From positions 35,884 to 99,883 of the forward strand of contig JACKQC010000020.1 in assembly GCA_024233085.1 (NCBI GenBank): a DNA stretch of 64,000 nt, given 5' to 3'. The notes under the pieces are model-generated. The model worked only from the letters and a program-made list of their open reading frames with translations, had not been told where the DNA came from and did no database searches. The position numbers were made by a program, and so were the translations under genes. This document shows positions 1-7,907 of the stretch, piece by piece. Positions within the stretch are counted from its first letter, which is position 1; each line of letters begins with the position of its first letter. Source of the DNA: Akkermansiaceae bacterium. Lineage in GTDB: Bacteria; Verrucomicrobiota; Verrucomicrobiia; Verrucomicrobiales; DEV007.

Positions 1-237
1 TTGAATCGGGTCGAGTCTCATGTCTGTCGGGAAAACAAAGAGTTTTTCCGCGCACCTTTTTCTTGTCTCCGCGAATGAACTGCGCCAAAAAAATCCAAGA
101 ACGAACACAGGCATGCGAGTCCACCGTTTCCGCCATTCGGCGAACGCTTGCAATCTCGGCTGGTTTTCTTAAATGGCTCTCCGTTTTCCGGGTTTCCCGA
201 CTCGGGTCCGGTGCCGCATGATCTTTTCTGCATCAAG

Positions 238-909
238 TTGAATAAATTATACTGTTCACCTGAAAAATTGAAGATTTACTGGCAAATCCTGATTCTCCTC
301 TTTCTCGCTTCCTGCGCGGAGAAAGAGTCAGCCGGTCCTGACGGTGGACCGGTTGAACCACCGGAGCCGGAAATTACCGAAATCGTGTGCCCCGTTCATG
401 AGGTTCCGGTCCACAAGGTTCATGCTTCATACGCCATCTCCTGCCACGCCTGGGATCCAAAACTAGGGCTTACAGTCGAACAAATCAGAAACCGATTCCC
501 TTACGCAATTTGGGATTCGAATCTTCATCGGGTGGATGAATCCGAGGGTGCGAAGTTTCCCAGATACAATCTTGTCTGTAATCGTTGCCAAGACAGTTGG
601 GGCAAGTATGCCGCGGAGAATTCACCTCCCCCGGACGATAGATTTGTGATTTCGATAACCGAATTCCAGAAAATCTTGATCAACGAAACGGAATTTTCGA
701 TCGAGCAAGTCACGGCTGTCGCCAAGGCGACTTCGAGTCATTACGCCAATCCTCGCCTCCTCATCCGTGCCCACGGATCAACCGATACGGAAATCATCAA
801 ATCGGTAGTTGATGCCTGTGCGGAGGCAGGTCTCACGGATGTCATTTTTGGATCGTATGACACCGGTTCCGAGATGATCCCACCACAGGCGGCGAACAAA
901 CCAGAGTAG
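238..909 (+). CDS. Putative lipoprotein (hypothetical); C-terminal part reminiscent of ExbD/TolR-type periplasmic domain
   Basis: ORF 148..909. The in-frame TTG at 238 gives a basic n-region, a hydrophobic core and the lipobox LFLA-SC. GC is visibly lower than in neighbouring genes. C-terminus is RLLIRAHGSTDTEIIKSVVDACAEAGLTDVIFGS. Start and function are uncertain. Confidence 0.4.
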   Translation: MNKLYCSPEKLKIYWQILILLFLASCAEKESAGPDGGPVEPPEPEITEIVCPVHEVPVHKVHASYAISCHAWDPKLGLTVEQIRNRFPYAIWDSNLHRVDESEGAKFPRYNLVCNRCQDSWGKYAAENSPPPDDRFVISITEFQKILINETEFSIEQVTAVAKATSSHYANPRLLIRAHGSTDTEIIKSVVDACAEAGLTDVIFGSYDTGSEMIPPQAANKPE

Positions 910-943
910 GCGAACCTCCCCCATTTTGAGTCGAAGACCTTAT

Positions 944-1075
944 GGACAACGACCGGATCGACCGCGAGCAGCGCCGGATCAAGAACAACAGAGATCCGCC
1001 TCGCCGCGGATGGGGGCGAATGTTGAGCTTGAAGGAGAAAACACTGGAAGCCCGATCGACCGGCGCCTACAGTCA
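944..1075 (+). pseudogene. Relic fragment of a PhoD-like phosphatase gene
   Basis: nt 944..1000 align by eye to 2182..2237 of the intact gene 1717..3177, with GACGACCGGATCGACCGCGAGCAGC identical. Peptide DNDRIDREQRRIKNN matches [16 protein letters not shown] weaker continuation follows (LKEK...). There is no full-length ORF. Confidence 0.5.
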
Positions 1076-1079
1076 CGAA

Positions 1080-1289
1080 ATGACCACTCAAGAGATCAAG
1101 GATCTTCCGATAGACCAAAAATTCCAGATCATGGAAGCGATTTGGGAAGATCTTCGTGAGCGAATCGAGCGGATCGAGATTCCCCAGCAATACAAGGATC
1201 TCCTGGATGAGCGGCGCGCGAGGGTTGCGAGCGGAGAGGCTCGCCTCCTCGACTGGGATTCTGTGAAATCGACCATTGGGAGACCGTGA
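1080..1289 (+). CDS. Type II antitoxin, 'putative addiction module component' type
   Basis: Internal ATG of ORF 942..1289 gives MTTQEIKDLPIDQKFQIMEAIWEDL...ARLLDWDSVK. This has the layout of the small antitoxins paired with ParE/RelE toxins. Its stop overlaps the toxin start (GTGA at 1286..1289). Confidence 0.6.
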   Translation: MTTQEIKDLPIDQKFQIMEAIWEDLRERIERIEIPQQYKDLLDERRARVASGEARLLDWDSVKSTIGRP

Positions 1290-1597
1290 TTCGAGTTCAG
1301 ATTTCCGAGGAGGCGCTGCGGGATTTGAACGAAGGTTTTCTGTTCTACGAGCGCCAGGAACCAGGCCTTGGCGATTACTTCGTCACCTGCCTTCGTTCGG
1401 ATATCGAGCGATTGAAGTTCGCGGCGGGAACCCACCGGATTGTCCACGAGGATTACCAACATGTTGTAAGCAAAATTTTCCCGTACGGTGTGTTCTACAC
1501 GCTCGATTCGAAGGCCGACCTCGCGATCGTCTGGGCGGTCATCGATCTCAGGCGCGATCCTCGATGGATTCGAGATCACCTGGAAAGGCAGCCCTAA
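1286..1597 (+). CDS. RelE/ParE-family type II toxin
   Basis: 103 aa. MIRVQISEEALRDLNEGFLFYE...YGVFYTLDSKADLAIVWAVIDLRRDP matches the ParE/RelE 'plasmid stabilisation' pattern. The GTG start overlaps the antitoxin stop. Confidence 0.65.
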   Translation: MIRVQISEEALRDLNEGFLFYERQEPGLGDYFVTCLRSDIERLKFAAGTHRIVHEDYQHVVSKIFPYGVFYTLDSKADLAIVWAVIDLRRDPRWIRDHLERQP

Positions 1598-1716
1598 CCC
1601 AACGGAACGCGGGCGGGCTTGAAGAGGTCAAGCGGGCGGATTTCGAGACCCGCGTCCCCGCCATCCCGAAATTCCAGGCTTGTTCCGCGGCCTCAAACCG
1701 CGAATGCTGACGGGCC

Positions 1717-3177
1717 ATGAAACGCCTTTTTCTGCTTCCCGTTCTCCTGCTCGGCGCCGGCTGCGATGCCACCGGCGACGGCCCGATACCCGCCGCCGGC
1801 CAGGGCATTCTGGTGGGCGAGGTCACGGACCATGCCGCCTTTGTCCAGGTGCGCCTGACGGCGACCGGCCGGCTCGTGGACCGCGATGTTCCGGGGAGGG
1901 CGGGCACGGTGGACTTCACGCTGTCGGAAACGGGAAACGCCGACGCGGCGTTGGCGGAGACGCAAACGGTCGAGGCGGCGGCGGACCACGATTTCATCGC
2001 CCGCGCGGCATTCACGAAACTGAAGCCGGGCACGGTTTACCAGTGCCGGACGCGGCTCGCGGTCTCCGGCGGCGCGGCCGTCGAGGGGCCGGTGGCGACT
2101 TTCCGAACGCTGCCGGGCGCGGCCAAGGCGGACCCGGTGAAGCTCGTCGTGGTGACGGGAATGAACTACGCGAAATTCCACGGAGACGACCGGATCGACC
2201 GCGAGCAGCACAAGATCGAGAACAACACGGACCTGCCGGCGCCCTATGCCGGTCCGGACAAGGCGCTCGGCTACCCGGCGCTGGCGTCGATTCTGAAGGA
2301 GAAGCCGGACGCCTTTGTCGGCACGGGAGACAATGTGTACTACGACACGCCGGACAAACCGCGCGCGGAGTCGATCCCCGAGCTTCGCCGGAAATGGCAC
2401 GAGCAATTCGTGCAGCCGCGCTACCGCGATCTCTTCGCCGCGGTGCCGACCTACTGGATGATCGACGACCACGACTATCGCTACGACGACTGCGACAACA
2501 CGGGCGACGATTTGCCGACCCCGGCGCAGGGCCGGACGATGATGATCGAGCAATTGCCGGTGGCGGCGATGGAGTCGGGCGAGACGGCGAAGACCTACCG
2601 CACCCATCGGCTGAACCGCGATCTCCAGATCTGGCTGCCGGAGGGCCGGATGTATCGCAGCCCGAACGCGATGACGGACGGCCCCGACAAGACGATCTGG
2701 GGCGCCGAGCAGAAGGCGTGGCTGAAGGAAACGCTGCTGGCCAGCGACGCGAAGTTCAAGCTGCTCATCTCGCCGACGCCGCTGGTCGGTCCCGACGATC
2801 TGCGCAAGACGGACAACCACTGCGACATCGGCGGCTTTCGCCACGAGCGGGACGAATTCTTCGCCTGGCTGAAGGAGGCGGGTCTCGACCGGCGGCATTT
2901 CTACCTCGTCTGCGGCGACCGGCACTGGCAGTATCACGCGATCGATCCCACGGGCCTCGAGGAATTCTCCTGCGGCGCGCTGGTCGACGCCAATTCCCGG
3001 CTCGGCCGAAAGTCGGGCGACCCGAAGTCGACCGACCCCGAGGGCCTGATCCGGCAGCCCTATCTCCAGAGCCCGCGTTCGGGCGGCTATCTGGCGATCG
3101 AGGCGGCGGCCGGCAAGCTCATCTTCACCTGGCGCGACGAGCACGGGGTGGAACTGCACCGGGAGGTGAAGGAGTGA
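1717..3177 (+). CDS. PhoD-like phosphatase / metallophosphoesterase, lipoprotein
   Basis: 486 aa. Lipobox LLGAGC. Motifs [31 protein letters not shown] and [10 protein letters not shown] are typical of the PhoD-like alkaline phosphatase family. Confidence 0.75.
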   Translation: MKRLFLLPVLLLGAGCDATGDGPIPAAGQGILVGEVTDHAAFVQVRLTATGRLVDRDVPGRAGTVDFTLSETGNADAALAETQTVEAAADHDFIARAAFTKLKPGTVYQCRTRLAVSGGAAVEGPVATFRTLPGAAKADPVKLVVVTGMNYAKFHGDDRIDREQHKIENNTDLPAPYAGPDKALGYPALASILKEKPDAFVGTGDNVYYDTPDKPRAESIPELRRKWHEQFVQPRYRDLFAAVPTYWMIDDHDYRYDDCDNTGDDLPTPAQGRTMMIEQLPVAAMESGETAKTYRTHRLNRDLQIWLPEGRMYRSPNAMTDGPDKTIWGAEQKAWLKETLLASDAKFKLLISPTPLVGPDDLRKTDNHCDIGGFRHERDEFFAWLKEAGLDRRHFYLVCGDRHWQYHAIDPTGLEEFSCGALVDANSRLGRKSGDPKSTDPEGLIRQPYLQSPRSGGYLAIEAAAGKLIFTWRDEHGVELHREVKE

Positions 3178-3333
3178 GACAACGAAGCGAACGAGGCACT
3201 GACATGAGAAAATCTCCCACGGCGGCGGAGGTGGCGTGAAGGTCGTGGATTGAAGCGGGAAGGAAGGCCTGACGAGCCCCGATCGCGTGCCTGTTCGCGG
3301 CGCGGAAGGCCCGGCATGATCGGCGGCATCCCC

Positions 3334-4698
3334 ATGAAGACCCGCCTTACCCTTCCCGCTCTCCTGTCCGCCGGGCTGCTCGCGTTGACGGTCCTCATCC
3401 TCGGCGCGGCGAACCCGGAGCCGCCCTTTGGCGCGACGCCGGAGCCGCCTCCCCAGCCGCCGAAACCGCTCGCGCCCCACGTGCCGGTGACGTGGAAGGC
3501 CGGCTTCGCCCGCGCGACCATCACGCCGGAGAAGCTGATCTGGATGTCGGGCTACGCGGCCCGGAAAAAACCGGCCGAGGGCAAGGTGCAGGATCTTTTC
3601 GCGAAAGCGATGGCGCTGGAGGACGAGACGGGCGGGCGCTTCGTCTTCGTGACGCTCGATCTCATCGGCGTGCCGCAGGGCCTGCGCTGGCGGGTGGCGA
3701 AACGGGCGGAGGAACAGTTTCAACTGCCGCCGGAGCGGCTGCTGCTGAACGCCTCCCACACCCACAGCGGTCCCGAACCGTGGCGGCGGGCCGAGCCGCC
3801 CACCGAGGAACAACTCGAGAGCCAGAAAACCCGCGACTCGTGGGAATACACGCGGGATCTGGAGGAAAAGATGGTGGCCATCATCGGCGACGCGATCGGG
3901 AGGCTCGAGGCCGCGCGGATCACCTTTGGCCACGCGCGCTGCGGTTTCGCGATGAACCGGCGGCGCGACTACTCGCTGCCGGAGGGGCATCCCAACGCGA
4001 ACAAGGCGCCCAATCCCGACGGCCCGGTCGACCACGCCGTGCCGGCGCTGCGGATCGAGGCGCCGGACGGCGCGCTGAAGGGGGTGCTCTTCGGCTACGC
4101 CTGCCACAACACGAGCCTCGGCTTCCAAAACTACTGCGGTGACTACGCCGGGTATGCGCAGGAATACCTGGAGGCGAATCGCGAGGGTTTCCAGGCGATG
4201 TTCCTGATGGGCTGTGCCGGCGACCAGAATCCCTACCCGCGCCGCTCCGGCGTGGTGCCGGGCGTCACCGATCTCGAGCTGGCGATGCAGCACGGCCGTT
4301 CCCTGGCCAACGCGGTCGAGATGGCCCTGACGGTCAATCCGCGCGGGGTGGGCGGCGGGATCGTGGCCGGCTACGAGGAGATCGACCTCGTTTACGCCGA
4401 TCCGAAGAAGCCGAACCATCCCTACCCGGTTCAGGTGGTCCGCTTCGGAAAGGACGTCACCCTGGTGGCGCTGGGGAGCGAGGTGGTGGTGGACTATTCG
4501 CTGCGGTTCAAGAAGGAACTCGCCGGCGAGGCCGACGTGTGGGTGGCCGCCTATTCGAACGACTACACCGGCTACGTGCCGAGCCTGCGGGTGCTGAAGG
4601 AGGGCGGCTACGAGGCCGCCGCCGGCCACGCGGAGGATGTCGAGGACCGCATCGCGTCAAAAGTCCGCGACCTCTATGAAAAGACCGCCCGACCCTGA
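3334..4698 (+). CDS. Neutral/alkaline ceramidase-like N-terminal-domain protein, secreted
   Basis: Internal ATG of ORF 3250..4698 gives a signal peptide, MKTRLTLPALLSAGLLALTVLILGA. Family-like motifs are ATITPEKLIWMSGYA, FVFVTLDLIG and NASHTHSGPE. Confidence 0.6.
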   Translation: MKTRLTLPALLSAGLLALTVLILGAANPEPPFGATPEPPPQPPKPLAPHVPVTWKAGFARATITPEKLIWMSGYAARKKPAEGKVQDLFAKAMALEDETGGRFVFVTLDLIGVPQGLRWRVAKRAEEQFQLPPERLLLNASHTHSGPEPWRRAEPPTEEQLESQKTRDSWEYTRDLEEKMVAIIGDAIGRLEAARITFGHARCGFAMNRRRDYSLPEGHPNANKAPNPDGPVDHAVPALRIEAPDGALKGVLFGYACHNTSLGFQNYCGDYAGYAQEYLEANREGFQAMFLMGCAGDQNPYPRRSGVVPGVTDLELAMQHGRSLANAVEMALTVNPRGVGGGIVAGYEEIDLVYADPKKPNHPYPVQVVRFGKDVTLVALGSEVVVDYSLRFKKELAGEADVWVAAYSNDYTGYVPSLRVLKEGGYEAAAGHAEDVEDRIASKVRDLYEKTARP

Positions 4699-4767
4699 GG
4701 CGGCGGCCGGGCGGCGCCGGCGGGACTGACCGAAAGCCAAGCTGACTTGGACTGAAGAGAAGTTGTG

Positions 4768-5391
4768 TCATCCGGGACGACGCGTCGCCGCGGGAGGCGT
4801 GGCATTGACGTTGCCCGCGGGGCCGCCAATTTTTCCCGTGACTCGATACCGGGAATGGGCCAATTCCGGCGCGTCCTCGGGCGCTTCCTCCACCACCCCG
4901 CGACCCGGGCCCGAATGGATGAACACGATCCCGCCATCCGGATCGACCTTCAGAAACCCGGTGTGATTGTCCAACCCCACGAGGTAGTATCCTTCCCCTT
5001 GAAGTCTGACGCCTTCCAGAAAGGCCTCCAGCGGCGCGTCGCTGTAACGCCTGATCGAATCCGGCTCCGCAAGGGCCAGTATCATTTTCTCGGAAGCCGC
5101 CTGGGCCAGCCGAACACGATCCAATTCAAGGCCGGCCTGTTCCAGGGTCGTGGTGACAAAATACCCGCAGGCGATCGAACCCTGGCGAGGGGTTTGGGAC
5201 GTTCCCGTGAAAGTCCAGGCGGTTCCCATCCACTCCTGATGGATGGCCCTGAGTTTTTCGTCAAAGGCTCTTGCCTCCGGGGTCCGCGGGAGGAGGTGGA
5301 TATTTTTCGCCGTCTCAGGGGGCGGGGGTTCCGGATCCCCGCCGCAGGCGACGAGCAGAATTCCGAGAAACAGGATGGATGGTCTCCTCAT
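4768..5391 (-). CDS. Hypothetical lipoprotein
   Basis: Internal ATG of ORF 4768..5523 gives MRRPSILFLGILLVACGG, a lipobox. No family recognised. Confidence 0.5.
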   Translation of the reverse strand: MRRPSILFLGILLVACGGDPEPPPPETAKNIHLLPRTPEARAFDEKLRAIHQEWMGTAWTFTGTSQTPRQGSIACGYFVTTTLEQAGLELDRVRLAQAASEKMILALAEPDSIRRYSDAPLEAFLEGVRLQGEGYYLVGLDNHTGFLKVDPDGGIVFIHSGPGRGVVEEAPEDAPELAHSRYRVTGKIGGPAGNVNATPPAATRRPG

Positions 5392-5496
5392 CGTTCGGTC
5401 GCAAGGTTTTTCGGTCCTCCAAGTTTTCCCACCATGACGGGCTCCATTCTGGCGGGGCGAGCCTGGAGTGGCAAGACATCCGCGCGGCGCCCTTCG

Positions 5497-5540
5497 TTCA
5501 ACAGGGTAGGGTCGGCGACCCAACAGGGTTGAGTCGGCGC
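5497..5540. repeat. REP-like hairpin cluster (2 units)
   Basis: Intergenic TTCAACAGGGTAGGGTC and GACCCAACAGGGTTGAGTC. Family consensus is GACCCAAC-AGG/CCT-GTTGGGTC (8-bp stem, 3-nt loop). Confidence 0.7.
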
Positions 5541-5547
5541 GGGGCGG

Positions 5548-5937
5548 TCAGCTCTCGGGATCGTCGGCGCGGGGTTCGTCGCGTCTCGGTTCCGTCCCGA
5601 CCCACAGCACGTTCCCGTCGGGATCTTCGAATTTCATCTCGTAGGCCCAGCTCCAGTTCCGGGGCTCCTGCGCGACTTTCGCCCCGGCCTCCCGCCATTC
5701 CTGAAAGACTGTCTCATCCTCGAGCCCGATCCACACCCACTGCGGGGACGCGGGGCCGAATCCTCGCGCGAGCATCACGCCGCATCCGTCGCGCGACACG
5801 GAGCCGATCCGGCTCCCCTCCTCGCCTCCCCAGTCGAGCCGGAAACTGAGCACGCGGGTGTAGAAATCGAGGCTCCGAGCCAGATCGGATACGGGCAGCA
5901 CGGGGATGGTGTTCTCGATCTTGTTTGGGGGTGTCAT
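5548..5937 (-). CDS. VOC (glyoxalase/bleomycin-resistance) family protein
   Basis: 129 aa. IPVLPVSDLARSLDFYTRVLSF...MKFEDPDGNVLWV is a typical VOC-fold pattern. Confidence 0.7.
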   Translation of the reverse strand: MTPPNKIENTIPVLPVSDLARSLDFYTRVLSFRLDWGGEEGSRIGSVSRDGCGVMLARGFGPASPQWVWIGLEDETVFQEWREAGAKVAQEPRNWSWAYEMKFEDPDGNVLWVGTEPRRDEPRADDPES

Positions 5938-6008
5938 AGGTCAGAGGAATGGGTTTGTCTTGGTTGGTGAGGGTGAATGAGATCGTGGCTGCTCATGGTC
6001 TCATTCCC

Positions 6009-7553
6009 TCACCCCACGGCCCGCCGAAACGCGGCCTCGTAGCCGACCGCGCCGTCGACGCCGCGGAGCTGGAACTTGATGACGCTCTCATTGCCTTCGC
6101 GGCCGAGATCGACGCAGAGGAAGCCGCCTTTCACGCGGTGGAAGCGATGGATCGCGGGGTCATGGCCGGGGGTGCCGCCGGCGTGGGAGTCGCTCGCGGC
6201 GCCGACGCTGAACTCCTGCACGCCGGTGGCGGGATGGACGGAGTGATACTGCCAGTGGCGGTCGCCGCAGACGACGAAAAAATTGTCCGGCACGTGGTCG
6301 CGGATCCAGGCGCGGATTTCGTCGCCCTCGTGGGCGAAGCCGGCGTTGGAGTGGTTGTCGTTCTTGTTCTTGCGGTCGGGTCCGACGAGCGGGGTGGGGC
6401 TGACGAGGACTTTCCAGGTGGCGTCGCTCTCGGCGACGGTGCGCTTGAACCAGGCCTTCTGTTCGGCGCCCCAGATGGTCTTGTCCGGGCCGTCAGGCAT
6501 CTTGTTGGGCGAGCGGAAGTCGCGGCCGTCGGTGAACCACACCTGCAGGTCGCGGCCCCAGCGATAGGTGCGGTAGATATTTTCGCCCATGGGAGCCTGC
6601 TGGCGGAAGATCTCGAGTCCCTGGTCCCAGGTCAGCTCGCCGGCGGTCATGCCGGGCCAGCCGTCGTTGGTGAGGCTGTCGTGGTCGTCCTTCAGCCAGT
6701 AGCTGGAGGCGTTGCGCATCACGGCGACGAGGCGGGGGAGGCTGAACATCCGCTCCCAGTGCAGCCGGGCGAGGGCGGGGGTGACGGCGCGCGGGGCGTT
6801 GCTGTCGTAGTAAACGAGGTCGCCGGTCATGCAGACGAAGCGCGGCTCCAGGGCGAGCATGGAGGGATAAATGGGGTGGCCGTCGGGATGATCGCGGTCG
6901 GGATAGCCCTGGCAGGTCATGACGCAGAAGCGAAACGCGCTCGGGGTGTCGGCGGCTGGGGCGGTGAAAAATTTCCCGGGAAAGGCGCCGTGGACGGGCC
7001 CGTCGTCGCCGGGGCCGGCGGTAAGGCTCTCGTAGTGATAGGTGGCGCCGGGTGTCAGGCCGTCGAGCCGGAACTGGTGGATGAAGTCGGTGGCCTCGGT
7101 GACCGCGATCCAGGGTGTCTCGACGGCGTCGGAAAGATCGGCTTTCCGCCCGTAGCGGAGGCGGACGCGGCCGGCCATGCCGGGGCAGGCGCCCTCGATC
7201 TGGTCGGCGGGGACGGTGACTTTCTCGCCTTTCTTGGGCCGGCCCTCGAAGAGGACGCCGTCGTGGTTGCGCTCGGGAAATTTCGTCAGACGCGTCCAGA
7301 CGATGGCGGTGGTGTCGGAGACTTCGCCGACGCGGGTGCCGGTGGCCTGGTGAATGGTGGCGGCATCGGCGGCGGCATCGGCGGCGGCATCGGCGGCGGC
7401 ATCGGCGGCGCGCGCGTCGTGCGGCAGCCCGAGGCCTAGGCCGAGGGTGGTGGCGGCGGCCGCGGCGGTGCTTTCGCGCAGGAAACGGCGGCGGGAGCGG
7501 GGAAAAGCGGTGGCGTCGGCGGGTCGGGGCGATTCGGGAGGGTGCATGGCCAT
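6009..7553 (-). CDS. PhoD-like phosphatase with Tat signal
   Basis: ORF 6009..7583, with internal ATGs at 7553 and 7547. Twin-arginine motif SRRRFLRES. Motifs [26 protein letters not shown] and [10 protein letters not shown]. Paralogue of 1717..3177. Confidence 0.75.
   Translation of the reverse strand: MAMHPPESPRPADATAFPRSRRRFLRESTAAAAATTLGLGLGLPHDARAADAAADAAADAAADAATIHQATGTRVGEVSDTTAIVWTRLTKFPERNHDGVLFEGRPKKGEKVTVPADQIEGACPGMAGRVRLRYGRKADLSDAVETPWIAVTEATDFIHQFRLDGLTPGATYHYESLTAGPGDDGPVHGAFPGKFFTAPAADTPSAFRFCVMTCQGYPDRDHPDGHPIYPSMLALEPRFVCMTGDLVYYDSNAPRAVTPALARLHWERMFSLPRLVAVMRNASSYWLKDDHDSLTNDGWPGMTAGELTWDQGLEIFRQQAPMGENIYRTYRWGRDLQVWFTDGRDFRSPNKMPDGPDKTIWGAEQKAWFKRTVAESDATWKVLVSPTPLVGPDRKNKNDNHSNAGFAHEGDEIRAWIRDHVPDNFFVVCGDRHWQYHSVHPATGVQEFSVGAASDSHAGGTPGHDPAIHRFHRVKGGFLCVDLGREGNESVIKFQLRGVDGAVGYEAAFRRAVG
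7359..7410. repeat. 12-bp tandem repeat GGCGGCATCGGC x ~4.3, inside the coding sequence
   Basis: Read directly. On the minus strand it encodes (AADA)n immediately after the Tat signal of the PhoD-like protein. Confidence 0.8.
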
Positions 7554-7638
7554 GGCATAACCGGAAGGGGAGGGCGCTGTCAATGGGTGATGCGGGCGCG
7601 GGTGCGGGCGCGGCGGCTCATGGGCAACCCAAAGGGAA

Positions 7639-7786
7639 GGTGGGGCGAAGCGTCCCCGCTGAGCCGTCGCTTGCCTGGGTGGTTTGCGACTCGGTCCCGC
7701 CCCCGCTCTCCGGTGTCGTGGGCATTTTTTTGGAGGAAGTCCGCGCGGGACACCTCGACGGCTCGGCCGGGACGCCTCGCCCCACC
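7639..7786. repeat. IR-bounded intergenic element, short copy (family of 54968..55268 and 57325..57652)
   Basis: Left IR 7639..7669 is GGTGGGGCGAAGCGTCCCCGCTGAGCCGTCG. Right IR 7757..7786 is CGACGGCTCGGCCGGGACGCCTCGCCCCACC. About 28/31 positions are complementary. The element lies between divergent genes. Confidence 0.65.
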
Positions 7787-7907
7787 CATCTTTTGGCCAA
7801 TGGACGATCGGAGGGTATGCCCCGGTTTTTCAAGCGTCAATGAACGCGGCCACCGCCGCCGCAGTCGGCGCTTGCGGAGGACGGAGTTGGGGCGGAAAAT
7901 TCGGGCG

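Noticed and set aside
1-20. TTGAATCGGGTCGAGTC at the window edge as a REP unit.
   Set aside because: It resembles the REP family mainly at the peptide level (NRVES). There are several nucleotide mismatches and it is truncated by the window, so it was not counted.
942-1079. An N-terminal extension of the antitoxin ORF (MDNDRIDREQ...).
   Set aside because: This part is the decayed PhoD-gene fragment. The conserved antitoxin-like sequence begins at the internal ATG at 1080.
1693-4629. 978-aa minus-strand ORF, and similar very long ORFs at 7830..10082(-), 8252..11050(+), 10483..13470(+), 11069..13141(-), 12828..14432(-), 17885..19957(-), 42362..44203(-), 44204..46228(+) and 62089..63921(-).
   Set aside because: They lie antisense to, or in alternate frames of, genes with unmistakable conserved protein sequences (PhoD-like, ABC transporter, gpmI, fusA, xseA, glgB, PSCyt protein). 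Their translations are Arg/Gly/Ala/Pro-rich low-complexity strings. These are the shadow ORFs expected in high-GC DNA.
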